Of a stretch of DNA of 64,000 nucleotides, positions 54,300 to 63,470 are shown piece after piece (position 1 is the first letter of the stretch; each line of letters opens with the position of its first letter). Source of the DNA: Desulfobacterales bacterium. GTDB taxonomy: Bacteria; Desulfobacterota; Desulfobacteria; Desulfobacterales; SpSt-501. The position numbers and the translations under genes were made by a program. The stretch is taken from assembly GCA_037481615.1 (NCBI GenBank), contig JBBFLI010000007.1; one strand, 5' to 3'. The notes under the pieces were generated by a model. The model did no database searches. It saw only the letters and a list, made by a program, of their open reading frames with translations, and had not been told where the DNA came from.

Positions 54300-55478
54300 A
54301 TGAGCTTCGTCAACCTGGATCACATCTCCGCGAACCCGCTCCTGCCCGAGGTGAAGCGGGCGATGATCGCGGCGATCGAGCACGATTACCACAACCCCTC
54401 GAGCCAGCACCGGCGGGGGGAGGAGGCGGCCGCGGCGCTCGAGCAGGCCCGCGCCGAGGTGGCGCGGCTGGTCAACGCCGAGGACCCCCGGGAGATCGTC
54501 TTCACCTCGGGGGGGACGGAGTCGGTCAACCACGCGATCAAGGGGGTGGCGCTCGCGAACGCCGACCGGGGCCGGCACATCGTCACGACGAACATCGAGC
54601 ACAACGCCGTGATCCGCAGCCTCCGGAGGCTGAAGTCCCAGGGCTTCACGGTGACGAGCCTCTCGGTCGACGGGCACGGCCGCGTGGACCCCGCGGCCGT
54701 GGCCGCGGCGATCACGCCGGAGACGATCCTCGTCTCGGTCATGCACGCGAACAACGAGACCGGGACGCTGCAGCCGATCGCCGAGATCGCGGCCGTCGCC
54801 CGGGAGAGGAAGGTCCTCTTCCACACCGACGCCGTGGACTCCGTGGGGGTCGTGCCCTTCGATGTGCGGCAGATCGGGGCCGATCTGGTGAGCTTCGCCG
54901 CCAACGCCTTCTACGGGCCGGCCGGCGTGGGCGGGCTCTACATCCGCAAGGGCGTGAAGATCTTTCCGCTCCTCGACGGCGGGGTCCAGGAGCACAACAA
55001 GCGGGCCGGGACCGAGAACCTGATCGGGATCCTCGGCATGGGGGCCGCGGCCGCGCTCGCCCGGCGCGAACTCGCCTCCCGCACGGCGCATCTCTCGCGG
55101 CTGAAGACGCTCTTTCTCGAGGGGCTCGCGGCGGAGATCGACGAGGTGATCGTGAACACGCACCCCGTGCACAGCCTGCCGCACCTCGTCTCGGCCTCCA
55201 TCCGCTACGTCGAGGGGGAGAGCGTCATGCTCATGCTCGACGACGAGGGCTTCGGGGTCTCGACCCGCTCGGCCTGCGCGACGGGGTCGCTCCGGGCCTC
55301 GCACGTGCTGCTCTCCCTCGGGCTGAGCCACGCGGACGCCCAGGGGACGATCCTCGTCTCCTTCGGCCTCGAGAACACCGAGGAGGACGTGCGCCGCTTT
55401 CTCGCCGCGCTCAAGAAGGTCGTCACCACCCTGCGCGGCATCTCGCCCCTCTACCGCAAGAAGGCCTCCACGGGTTGA
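54300..55478 (+). CDS. NifS/IscS-family cysteine desulfurase homologue lacking the PLP-binding lysine
   Basis: 392 aa, class V aminotransferase fold (TSGGTESVN, IEHNAV, HTDAVDSVG). The persulfide loop STRSACATGS is retained. The canonical S-x-H-K block reads SFAANAFYGPAGVGGLYIR, so both His and Lys are absent. Confidence 0.88.
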   Translation: MSFVNLDHISANPLLPEVKRAMIAAIEHDYHNPSSQHRRGEEAAAALEQARAEVARLVNAEDPREIVFTSGGTESVNHAIKGVALANADRGRHIVTTNIEHNAVIRSLRRLKSQGFTVTSLSVDGHGRVDPAAVAAAITPETILVSVMHANNETGTLQPIAEIAAVARERKVLFHTDAVDSVGVVPFDVRQIGADLVSFAANAFYGPAGVGGLYIRKGVKIFPLLDGGVQEHNKRAGTENLIGILGMGAAAALARRELASRTAHLSRLKTLFLEGLAAEIDEVIVNTHPVHSLPHLVSASIRYVEGESVMLMLDDEGFGVSTRSACATGSLRASHVLLSLGLSHADAQGTILVSFGLENTEEDVRRFLAALKKVVTTLRGISPLYRKKASTG

Positions 55479-55487
55479 GGACCCCTC

Positions 55488-56213
55488 GTGGCGGAGCAGC
55501 CCTTCGACCGCGTCGCCCGCGACTACGAGGCGATCCACGAAAAAAGCCTCCCCCCCGGGGTCCACAGCGGGGAGTTCGTCCGGCAGAAGGCCGAGACCCT
55601 CGCCCCCCTCTTTTCCCTCGAGGCGGCCGGAGGCTTCGACTACCTCGACTTCGGCTGCGGCAACGGGAGGCTGTTCGCCGCGCTCGCGCGGGAGCCGCGC
55701 CTGCGGGCCGCCCTGGAAGCCGGACGGTTGCGCTTCTTCGGCTACGACCCCTCGGGGGAGTCGATCGCCGCGGCCCGCGGGATCGTCGCCCCGCTTCCGG
55801 TCCGGCTCGCAAGCCGACTGGAGGATCTGCCGCCGCAGGTGCGCTTCGATCTCGTCGTGAGCTGCAACGTCTTCCACCACATCGCCCCCGCCGAGCGGCC
55901 GCAGACGGTGGAAAGGCTTCGCGGGCTGCTCAAGCCGGCGGGGCGGGTTTTGATCTGGGAGCACAACCCGTTCAACCCCTTCGCCCGGCTCGTCGTGGCG
56001 GCCTGCCCCTTCGACCGCGGGGCGGTGCTGCTGCCGCTCGCCGAGGCGAGCGCCCTCTTTGCGCGCGCCCGTCTGCGACGGGTCGCCCACGCCTATGTGA
56101 ACGTCGTCCCGCCCGGCTGGGGGCGCCTCCCCGGGGCCGCACGGCTCGAGCGCAGGCTTTCCCGTCACCCGTTCGGCGCCCAGTACTGGGCGCTCTTCGC
56201 GCGCGATGCCTAA
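55488..56213 (+). CDS. Class I SAM-dependent methyltransferase
   Basis: GTG start. Motif I YLDFGCGNGRL. Later block LLKPAGRVLIWEHN. Confidence 0.75.
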   Translation: MAEQPFDRVARDYEAIHEKSLPPGVHSGEFVRQKAETLAPLFSLEAAGGFDYLDFGCGNGRLFAALAREPRLRAALEAGRLRFFGYDPSGESIAAARGIVAPLPVRLASRLEDLPPQVRFDLVVSCNVFHHIAPAERPQTVERLRGLLKPAGRVLIWEHNPFNPFARLVVAACPFDRGAVLLPLAEASALFARARLRRVAHAYVNVVPPGWGRLPGAARLERRLSRHPFGAQYWALFARDA

Positions 56214-56856
56214 CCCGGTCGCCTCGGCCTGGAGGATCTACCGCGGAGCCCCGCTCCCCGTGCGGCTGCACGTGCTCGTCCGGGCGCTCACCTGCCCCCT
56301 GGGCGCGCTCGCCGCGCGCTTCCCGCGGGAGGGGACCGCACTCGATGTCGGCTGCGGGCACGGCCTGCTCGTCCACCTCCTCGCCCGCGACCCCCGCAGG
56401 CCGCGGTTGCGGCTTGCGGGCATCGACCACGACGCCGCGAAGATCCGCGCCGCCCGCGCCGTCCCCGCGCCGCGCGCGCGCTTCTGGGCGCTCCCCCTGG
56501 AGGCCCTCCCCGCGGCGGCCTTCGATTTCGTCTCCGTCGTGGACGTCCTCTACACCGTGCGGCGGGACTCCTGGCCCGGCCTGCTCGCCGGCTGCCGCCG
56601 CGTGCTCAAGCCCGGCGGCGCGCTCCTGCTCAAGGAGGTGATCGACCGGCCGCGCTGGAAGCACCGCGCGATCCTGCTCCAGGAGACGGTCTCGGTCCGG
56701 CTGCTCGGGATCACGAAGGGCGACCCCCCGCACTTCGAGTCCCCCGCGGGTTACGCCCGCGCGCTCCGGGAGTCGGGGTTTTCCCCCTTCGAGGAAGCCC
56801 CCCTATCGTCCTTCCACTGGGTGAGCCATTACCTGATCCTCGCCCGCCGCCGCTGA
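56206..56856 (+). CDS. Class I SAM-dependent methyltransferase (second)
   Basis: Overlaps the previous gene by 8 nt. Motif I ALDVGCGHGLL. Later block VLKPGGALLLKE. Confidence 0.75.
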   Translation: MPNPVASAWRIYRGAPLPVRLHVLVRALTCPLGALAARFPREGTALDVGCGHGLLVHLLARDPRRPRLRLAGIDHDAAKIRAARAVPAPRARFWALPLEALPAAAFDFVSVVDVLYTVRRDSWPGLLAGCRRVLKPGGALLLKEVIDRPRWKHRAILLQETVSVRLLGITKGDPPHFESPAGYARALRESGFSPFEEAPLSSFHWVSHYLILARRR

Positions 56857-57708
56857 CCCGTCCCCCCCGCGGAAGCCGCAGAGGCGGATCCCGCGCCGGG
56901 CGACGAGGGCGCGCACGCGCGCCGAGGTGAGCGCCCGGAGTTCCTCCTCGTGGCGGTAGCCCCAGGCGGCGACCTCCGGCATCGAAGGGGAGAGGCCGGG
57001 GTGGCACATGAGCTCGGTCGTCGTCCCCCCCTCGAGGCCCGAGAGCAGGGCGATCAGCCGCTCCTCGGTGAGGCACCCGCCGTCCAGGAAGCCCGCAAAG
57101 CGGGGGGCCGCGGGAGGGCGCGGCAGCCGGCGGGCGCGCGCGCAGAGCACCCGCAGCGCCAGAAGCCCCGGCAGGCGGAAGAGGCGCGCCGCGGGGACCC
57201 CCCGGCGGGGGAGGCGCTCGGCGGGGAGGCGCACCGTTTCGATCCCGAAGCGGGCGGCGAGATCGAGGATGCGCTCGAAGACGCCGGGCAGCAGATGGAC
57301 GTGCTGGTGGCTGTCGAGGTGCGAGGGGCGGAGGCCTGCGGCGCGGATGCGCTCGATCTGCAGGCGCGCCTCGGTTTCGAGATCCTCCCCGCGGATGCGG
57401 CCGGCGAGCCAGCGCCGGGCGAAGGCCCCGGCCGAGGGGGGAAGCCTCCCGCCGGGGCAGGTGAGGGTGTTCCCGGCCCCGGAGAGGGCCGGCTCGGCCA
57501 CGAAGGCGAGGTGGACGCCCACGTCGAGACGGGGGGCGGCGTGCAGGCGGAGAACGGCGTCCTCGAAGCCGCGTCCCGTCGCCAGCAGCGAGGCGGCGGT
57601 CACGATCCCCTCGCGGTGGGCGCGGAGGATGCCCGCGTTCACCTCGGCGCACAGGCCGAGGTCGTCGGCGTTGACGATCAGCCGCGGGGGGGGGCGGCGC
57701 TCAGTCAT
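56803..57708 (-). CDS. YdjC-family (ChbG/HpnK-like) carbohydrate deacetylase
   Basis: 301 aa. N-terminus LIVNADDLGLCAEVNAGILRAHREGIVTAASLL plus DSHQHVHLLP is typical of YdjC. Confidence 0.85.
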   Translation of the reverse strand: MTERRPPPRLIVNADDLGLCAEVNAGILRAHREGIVTAASLLATGRGFEDAVLRLHAAPRLDVGVHLAFVAEPALSGAGNTLTCPGGRLPPSAGAFARRWLAGRIRGEDLETEARLQIERIRAAGLRPSHLDSHQHVHLLPGVFERILDLAARFGIETVRLPAERLPRRGVPAARLFRLPGLLALRVLCARARRLPRPPAAPRFAGFLDGGCLTEERLIALLSGLEGGTTTELMCHPGLSPSMPEVAAWGYRHEEELRALTSARVRALVARRGIRLCGFRGGDGSAAAGEDQVMAHPVEGR

Positions 57709-58687
57709 GGACGGGCGGCCGGGTGCCGGGGAAATTCACGATCTCGCTCACGATGAAACGCGGCCTCCGGCGCACCTCGACCACCATGCGGCCGATGTAC
57801 TCGCCGAGGACGCCCAGGTAGATGAAGAGGAGAAAGAAGAGCAACGAGAGCACCATCAGGGTCGAGGCCCAGCCGGGGACGACCCCCTTGCCGAAGAAGC
57901 GGCCGAAGAAGGAGTAGAGGATGCCGCCGGCGGAGACGAGGCTGCCGACCAGCCCGATCAGGATCCCGATGCGCAGCGGCATGATCGAAAAGGAGCTCAC
58001 CCCGCTCCAGCCGAGCCGGATCATCTTCTTCAGGCTGTACTGCGAGACGCCGTGCACCCGCCTTCCCGGCCGGTAGGGCAGGCTGCAGGCGGGGAACCCG
58101 ATCCACTCCGTGAGCCCCCGCAGGAAGAGCCCCTCCTCGCGGAAGCGGACGAGCTCGTTCAGGGCCTGGCGGTCGAGGAGGCGGAAATCGGCCAGGCCCG
58201 GCTGCAGTTCCACGCCGCTCAGGAAGGAAAAGAGCCGGTAGAAGGCCCGCGAGGAGACCCGCTTGAACCAGGAGAGCTCGGAGGGCGTCTCCTCGCGAAG
58301 CGTCTTCACCACGAGGTAGCCCTCGCGCCACTTGGCGAGCATCTGCGGCACGAGCTCGACGGGGTGCTGGAGATCGCCATCCATGGTGACGACCGCCCGG
58401 CCCGCGGCCGCCTCCATGCCGGCGAGCAGCGCGTACTGGTGCCCGAAGTTGCGCGAAAGGCGAAGCCCGCGCACTTCGGGGCTCTCGGCCGCGAGCGCCC
58501 GGATCTCCCGCCAGGTCCCGTCGCGGCTGCCGTCGTCGACGAAGATGAGCTCCCAGGGGGCGATCCCGTGGGCCGCGAGCACTTCGCGCAGCCGGCCGTG
58601 GAGGAGCCGGATGTTCTTCTCCTCGTTGTAGGCCGGGACCACGACGCTCAGCAGGATCCCGTCCGGGGGGGGAGGGCTTGGGTTCAT
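57701..58687 (-). CDS. GT2 polyprenyl-phosphate glycosyltransferase (ArnC/GtrB/DPM1-like)
   Basis: 328 aa. Motifs VVVPAYNEE, DDGSRDGT and MDGDLQHP. Two C-terminal TM helices. 8-nt overlap with the downstream YdjC gene. Confidence 0.88.
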   Translation of the reverse strand: MNPSPPPPDGILLSVVVPAYNEEKNIRLLHGRLREVLAAHGIAPWELIFVDDGSRDGTWREIRALAAESPEVRGLRLSRNFGHQYALLAGMEAAAGRAVVTMDGDLQHPVELVPQMLAKWREGYLVVKTLREETPSELSWFKRVSSRAFYRLFSFLSGVELQPGLADFRLLDRQALNELVRFREEGLFLRGLTEWIGFPACSLPYRPGRRVHGVSQYSLKKMIRLGWSGVSSFSIMPLRIGILIGLVGSLVSAGGILYSFFGRFFGKGVVPGWASTLMVLSLLFFLLFIYLGVLGEYIGRMVVEVRRRPRFIVSEIVNFPGTRPPVHD

Positions 58688-58688
58688 T

Positions 58689-59855
58689 TCAACTCGTCCA
58701 GTAGTGGTTCACGAAACAGAGGGTGTAGAGCGCCTGGAGCAGGCTCGAGCCGAAGAGCCAGGCGAAGCGCAGCGCGAGGGGGCCGACCGCCGCTCCGGCG
58801 AGATGGATCGGGAAGAGGACCATCGTGTAGCGCGCGGCCCCGAGCAGGCTCCCGCTGCCGACCGCGACCCCGAGGGTGACGAGCACATAGAGGCCGTAGG
58901 AGGCCCGCAGCCGGAAGAGGGCCCAGAGCCCCGCCGCCGCCGCCGTGGCGAGGAAGAAGTAGTCGAGCAGCCGCACGACGAGCCCCGGGGCGTTGCGTGC
59001 GGCGAGATCCGCGGCCGTCACGGCGAGATCGCGGCCGAATTTTCGCTGGGCCTCGAAGAAGAGAAAGAAATCGCCGAAGACGATCTGGTGGTGGAGAAAG
59101 AAGAGGAGCAGCCCGAGGGGGGCGAGCGCGAGCGCGAAGACGCGGCGCGTGAGCAGCCCGCGGACGCCGTAGGCGTGGAGGAACTCGAAGGCGAGGAGGA
59201 CTGCGGCGAAGAGGCCGGCGACGCGCGTCGCCGAGGCGAGTGCGGCGAACAGACCGGCCAGCCAGAAGCGCCTGCGCCGTGCGGCGAGCAGCATCGAAAG
59301 GGTGAGGAAGAGGAAGAGCGACTCCGAATAGACCGCGTTCAGAAAGAACGCCGCCGGGTGGGCGAGGAGAAAGACCACGGGGAGCACGGGGTCGATCCCC
59401 GGGTGGAACTCCCGGGCGAGACGGACGAGGACGACCGCCGCCAGCGTGAGGCACAGGCTGCTCACGAGCCAGCCGGCGAGCACGAGGTCTCCCCCCGCGG
59501 CGTGCCCCGCCAGGCGGACGAGGAGCGGGTAGAGGGGAAAGAAGACGACGTTCGCCTGGTCGCTTTCGCGCAGGTAGTAGCCGTTGCGGGCGATGTCGAG
59601 GTACCAGTAGGCGTCCCAGCGGTCGTGGAGGGCGATCACATCCCAGTCCGGCGCAACCGGCCGGACCGTCTGCGGGCTGATCCACTCGAGGGAGGTGTCC
59701 GGGGGGAGCTCGAAACGGTTGAAGGCGAGCAGGGCGAAGAGGTTGGCGACGACGAGCCAGGCCGCGACCAGCGTGACCGCCGTCCACGCCCCCCCGGGGC
59801 TCTGCCGGGGGGGGGGCGCGGAAAACGCCGGGGATGCCTGCTCGTTTGGGCGCAT
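58689..59855 (-). CDS. GT-C type membrane glycosyltransferase, PIG-V (mannosyltransferase 2)-like
   Basis: 388 aa multi-TM protein. The periplasmic-loop motif HDRWDAYWYLDIARNGY followed by FFPLYPLL matches my memory of the PIG-V family signature. Confidence 0.7.
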   Translation of the reverse strand: MRPNEQASPAFSAPPPRQSPGGAWTAVTLVAAWLVVANLFALLAFNRFELPPDTSLEWISPQTVRPVAPDWDVIALHDRWDAYWYLDIARNGYYLRESDQANVVFFPLYPLLVRLAGHAAGGDLVLAGWLVSSLCLTLAAVVLVRLAREFHPGIDPVLPVVFLLAHPAAFFLNAVYSESLFLFLTLSMLLAARRRRFWLAGLFAALASATRVAGLFAAVLLAFEFLHAYGVRGLLTRRVFALALAPLGLLLFFLHHQIVFGDFFLFFEAQRKFGRDLAVTAADLAARNAPGLVVRLLDYFFLATAAAAGLWALFRLRASYGLYVLVTLGVAVGSGSLLGAARYTMVLFPIHLAGAAVGPLALRFAWLFGSSLLQALYTLCFVNHYWTS

Positions 59856-59941
59856 GGAACCTTACCGGCCTCGGGGGTTCCGGGGTCTTCCCCCCGCGGG
59901 TGCGGAGGCGGCGAGGAAGGTAGCCGAGATCTCCTGGGCGA

Positions 59942-60406
59942 TCAAGGCGTTCCCCCGGCCTGCGCCTCGATCCGCGCGATCGCCCGGCGCACGGCCTCCG
60001 GCACTTCCGTCTTGCGCTTTTCGCGGTAGTCGAAGCACACGACGGTCCCCTCGCCCTCGGCCGCGATGCGCCCGAGGGCGGCGCTCCAGACCGCGTAGCG
60101 CATGCGGAAGCGGTCCGCCGCGACCTCCTCCACGGTCGCCCCCACGGTCACGCGGTCGGGGTAGGCGAGAGCGGCCCGGAAACGGCAGCTCGCTTGCGCG
60201 AGGATGGGCCCGACCGGGTTCCGGCCGATGAAGTCGGGGCAGCCGAGCCGCTCGAAGTAGGTCATGCGTGCGGTTTCGAACCAGCGGAAGTAGACGACGT
60301 TGTTCACGTGGCCGTAGGCGTCCATCTCCCCCCAGACCACGGGCAGCTCGACCCGCACGGGAAAGCGCGAGAGAGCGGCGGCGGCCGCATCCGGGGTTTC
60401 CTTCAT
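59942..60406 (-). CDS. Hotdog-fold acyl-CoA thioesterase (4HBT/YbgC-like)
   Basis: 154 aa. Motif VVWGEMDAYGHVNNVVYFRWFE. ATGA overlap with the upstream gene. Confidence 0.8.
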   Translation of the reverse strand: MKETPDAAAAALSRFPVRVELPVVWGEMDAYGHVNNVVYFRWFETARMTYFERLGCPDFIGRNPVGPILAQASCRFRAALAYPDRVTVGATVEEVAADRFRMRYAVWSAALGRIAAEGEGTVVCFDYREKRKTEVPEAVRRAIARIEAQAGGTP

Positions 60407-60993
60407 TTGCGCCTCTCGGGCTCCTCCTCCGTGAGCGGCCGGCCCCGGGACCAGCGGATGACCCGCTCGGCCACGTGCCGCCCGAATTTCTGCATCAGGT
60501 CTTCCATGTCGAGGAAGCTGATCCCGCCGATCCCCGCGCCGCCCATGTAGCTCTCCTCGGCGTCGAATTCGGCGAGCGTTTTGCCCGCGGGGTCGAGCAG
60601 GAGGAAATTCCCCGCCGCCTTCTGCTTGCCCGCCCCGAAGCCGACCAGCCAGCGCAGGGCGGCGTTTCCTTTGTCCACTTCGGTGATCGTCCCCCGGAAC
60701 CGCACGGCGCCGGGGCCGAGGGCCTCCGGTGCGGGGTGGAGGATCTCGGCGAAGGCCCCTTCCTCGACGAGCCGCTCTCTCAGGCCGCGCTCGAAGTGCG
60801 CCCCGAGCGGCTCCCAGAGACGATCCGGGAAGCGGAGCGGATCGATCGCCAGGACGGCGGGTGCGGCGGAGGGCTTTTCGGCGTGACGGGCCTGGATGTG
60901 GCTTGCCGTGCAGGCGGCGGACAGCAGGAGCAGGACCGGGAGAAAAAGCGTGCGGACGAGGGTTCGGTCGGCGAGTCTGCTTGCGCTCTCCAT
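60403..60993 (-). CDS. Lipoprotein, DUF4410-like
   Basis: Signal peptide with lipobox LLSAAC. Block VDKGNAALRWLVGFGAGK recalls DUF4410. Confidence 0.6.
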   Translation of the reverse strand: MESASRLADRTLVRTLFLPVLLLLSAACTASHIQARHAEKPSAAPAVLAIDPLRFPDRLWEPLGAHFERGLRERLVEEGAFAEILHPAPEALGPGAVRFRGTITEVDKGNAALRWLVGFGAGKQKAAGNFLLLDPAGKTLAEFDAEESYMGGAGIGGISFLDMEDLMQKFGRHVAERVIRWSRGRPLTEEEPERRK

Positions 60994-61027
60994 CGGGGCC
61001 TCCTCAGGCGTTCCGGGTTTCGAGTCT

Positions 61028-61771
61028 TCAGTCGGAAACGGTTTTCAGGTTGAGTTCCAGGCGCAGGCTGCGGCCGTCTTCGGTCACGACGACGATATCA
61101 TCCCGGCGGATCGCCCGCACGCGGAAACCCTCGACGGACTCGCCCTCGCGCACGATGTGGCCGTTCACCACGGCGAGCCTCCGGCCGGGGTCGTCGAACC
61201 AGGCGATCGCCATGAGCTTGAGCCGCCCGTCCTCGAGGCGGGGGAGGCCTTCGCCCTGGGGTGCGCGGGCGGCCTCCGGACGCGCCGGCGGGGTTGCCGG
61301 AGGGCGCGGCGCAGGGGGGGCTTCCGCCGGGGCGCGAAGCCGCGCCGAGGGCGGGGGCGCCTGCACCGCAGGCGGGCCCGGCCGGCGCGGGTCGGCGGCC
61401 GGCGGCCGGGCGGCGGGGGGTTTCGTCTCCTGCGAACCGGGGCCGGCCGGGGCCGGCGCAGGGGGCTCGCTTTCCCGGCGCGCCGGGGCTTCGGGCGGCG
61501 CGGGGGACGCGGCGGGGGGCGATTGCCCCTCGGGTGGGAGCTTCGCCCGCAGGGCGCCGGGGAGCGTCCTCACCTCCCCGGGCCCGCGGCTCGCGAGGAG
61601 AAAAGCCGCGCCCGCCGCCAAAAGGGCCAACATCCCCCCGACGAGGAAAAGCCGCGTCGGCCGCCGGCTCGGCGCCGGGTCGCGGGCGGGGAAGGCGGCG
61701 GCCGGACCGGCGCCCTCCGGCGGCCTGGCGGCCGATTCGACTCGTTTCAGCGCCTCGAGGATCGAACTCAT
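61028..61771 (-). CDS. gspB: GspB/ExeB-like protein
   Basis: N-terminus MSSILEALKRVE, one TM segment, a long Pro/Ala-rich linker, and C-terminal LKLMAIAWFDDPGRRLAVVNGHIVREGESVEGFRVRAIRRDDIVV (T2SS-B pattern). ATGA overlap with the ExeA-like gene. Confidence 0.7.
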   Translation of the reverse strand: MSSILEALKRVESAARPPEGAGPAAAFPARDPAPSRRPTRLFLVGGMLALLAAGAAFLLASRGPGEVRTLPGALRAKLPPEGQSPPAASPAPPEAPARRESEPPAPAPAGPGSQETKPPAARPPAADPRRPGPPAVQAPPPSARLRAPAEAPPAPRPPATPPARPEAARAPQGEGLPRLEDGRLKLMAIAWFDDPGRRLAVVNGHIVREGESVEGFRVRAIRRDDIVVVTEDGRSLRLELNLKTVSD

Positions 61772-63438
61772 GAGTTTTCCTGAGTCGCCGTGCGCCCGGC
61801 CAGCACCCGCGGCACGGCGAAACGGTCGCTTGCGCGGTAGAGGGCGATCTTGGTCAGGTTGCCCACCACGCCGTCCACGGGAAGCCCGAAGCGGGACTGG
61901 ACCTCCTCGACGGCCCGCCGGGTCGCCCCGTCGTATTCGCGGTCGAGCGGGACGTCATCGTGGCCCAGCTCGCGCAAGAGCATTTTGAGGGCGAGGATGG
62001 AGTCGGGGGGGGCGCTTCCCGGGATGGTCCCGGTGAGCGCAAGGAAATTCTTCCAGGGGAGGTAGGCGACCCCCCGCCACAGGCGGCCGAGCTCGGCCTC
62101 GGCGATCGTAAGCGGCGGGGTTTCCCCGGTTGCGGCGAAGAAGAACCGCCCGCCCGCGATGCGCGTGAGCGCAAGGTAGCGCGGCGCGGGGTCGTCCGGC
62201 GGGCGCATCTCGAGGACGACGGGCATGTCGAGCGCGCGCAGCGCTTGCGGGTCGGCCTCTTCGATCCGCTGGAGGGAAAAACCCGCGGCCTTGGCCGAGA
62301 GGTTGAACCAGCTGGCATCGTCGGCCACGTCGTCCAGGAACCCGCGGGAGGCGAAGGTTTCGCCCCAGGCGGCGAGCGCCGCCGCGAGCGCCTGCCGACG
62401 GCTCTCCCTGGGCTCGAGCGCGCGGAGCCTGTCGGCGGCCGCCGCCCCGGCGGCCTCCGGGGGCCTTTCCGCGGCCGGGGTCTCGACGCCCTGCAGGGGA
62501 AGGGCCGTCCGGCGCGGCGCGAAGGCCTCGCGGAGGGGCTCGGGGTAGAGAAAGAGGGCGGCGGCGAGTGCGGCGAGGAGAAAGGCCGCAAAGGCCAGGC
62601 GTCCCTGGAGCAGAAGCGGCGGCCGCAGCGCGGCCCGCGGGGAGAGCTCGGCGATCGCCCGTCGCGCCAGGCCGCCCGTGACGCGGCGGCGGTTTTTGCC
62701 GAAGGCCGCAAGCAGCGCGCGGTCGCAGGCGATGTTGATCCGCCGCGGGATGCCGCCCGACCACGCGTGGATCCGCCGGATCGCCGCCGGGGTGAAGAGA
62801 TCGAGGGGCCGCCTGGCGGCGACGTTCAGCCGGTAGCGGATGTATTCCCCGGTCTGCCGCCGGTCGAGCGGCAGGAGCCGGCAGCGGGTCGCGATCCGCT
62901 GCCCCACCTGGCGCAGGGCGGGGGAGTCGAGGAGGTCGGCGAGCTCGGGCTGGCCGACGAGAACGATCTGGAGGAGCTTCTCGCGGGGGGTTTCCAGGTT
63001 GGAGAGCAGGCGCAGCTGCTCGAGGACGTTGCGCGCGAGGTTCTGGGCCTCGTCGATGAGGACGATCACCCGTTTCCCCTCGGCCTTCTTCTCGAGGAGG
63101 AAGCGGTTCAGGGCGTCGACCAGGCCCTTCGTGTCGGCGGCCTCGGCGGCGATCCCGAATTCGTCGCACAGGGCGCGCAGCAGCTGCCGCGGCCCGAGCC
63201 GCGGGTTGAAGATGTAGGCCGCGCAGGTCGTCTCGTCCAGCCCCTCGAGAAACGCCCGGCACAGCGTCGTCTTGCCCGTGCCCACCTCGCCGGTGATCTC
63301 GACGAAGCCCTCCCCCTGCGCGAGCGCGTAGTGCAGCTGCGCGAGCGCCTCGCGGTGGCTTTCGCTCAGGAAAAGGTACTCGGGGTTCGGGACGAGCCGG
63401 AAGGGCTTTTCGCGGAACCCGAAATGGGCGGTGTACAC
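61768..63438 (-). CDS. exeA: ExeA/GspA-like AAA ATPase with C-terminal peptidoglycan-binding domain
   Basis: GTG start after GGGGGAAA. Motifs FGFREKPF, Walker A GEVGTGKTT and Walker B VLIDEAQ. One TM segment. C-terminal PG_binding_1-like YDGATRRAVEEVQSRFGLPVDGVVG. Confidence 0.85.
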   Translation of the reverse strand: MYTAHFGFREKPFRLVPNPEYLFLSESHREALAQLHYALAQGEGFVEITGEVGTGKTTLCRAFLEGLDETTCAAYIFNPRLGPRQLLRALCDEFGIAAEAADTKGLVDALNRFLLEKKAEGKRVIVLIDEAQNLARNVLEQLRLLSNLETPREKLLQIVLVGQPELADLLDSPALRQVGQRIATRCRLLPLDRRQTGEYIRYRLNVAARRPLDLFTPAAIRRIHAWSGGIPRRINIACDRALLAAFGKNRRRVTGGLARRAIAELSPRAALRPPLLLQGRLAFAAFLLAALAAALFLYPEPLREAFAPRRTALPLQGVETPAAERPPEAAGAAAADRLRALEPRESRRQALAAALAAWGETFASRGFLDDVADDASWFNLSAKAAGFSLQRIEEADPQALRALDMPVVLEMRPPDDPAPRYLALTRIAGGRFFFAATGETPPLTIAEAELGRLWRGVAYLPWKNFLALTGTIPGSAPPDSILALKMLLRELGHDDVPLDREYDGATRRAVEEVQSRFGLPVDGVVGNLTKIALYRASDRFAVPRVLAGRTATQENS

Positions 63439-63470
63439 GGGTTTCCCCCGGAACGGGTAAACAACCAGAA

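Noticed and set aside
56803-59855. Bacterial GPI-anchor-like pathway (DPM1-like GT2 + de-N-acetylase + PIG-V)
   Set aside because: The analogy is tempting. However, the deacetylase is YdjC-type rather than PIG-L-type, there is no PIG-A-like enzyme or transamidase, and the simpler Arn/Lgm-type interpretation explains the trio.
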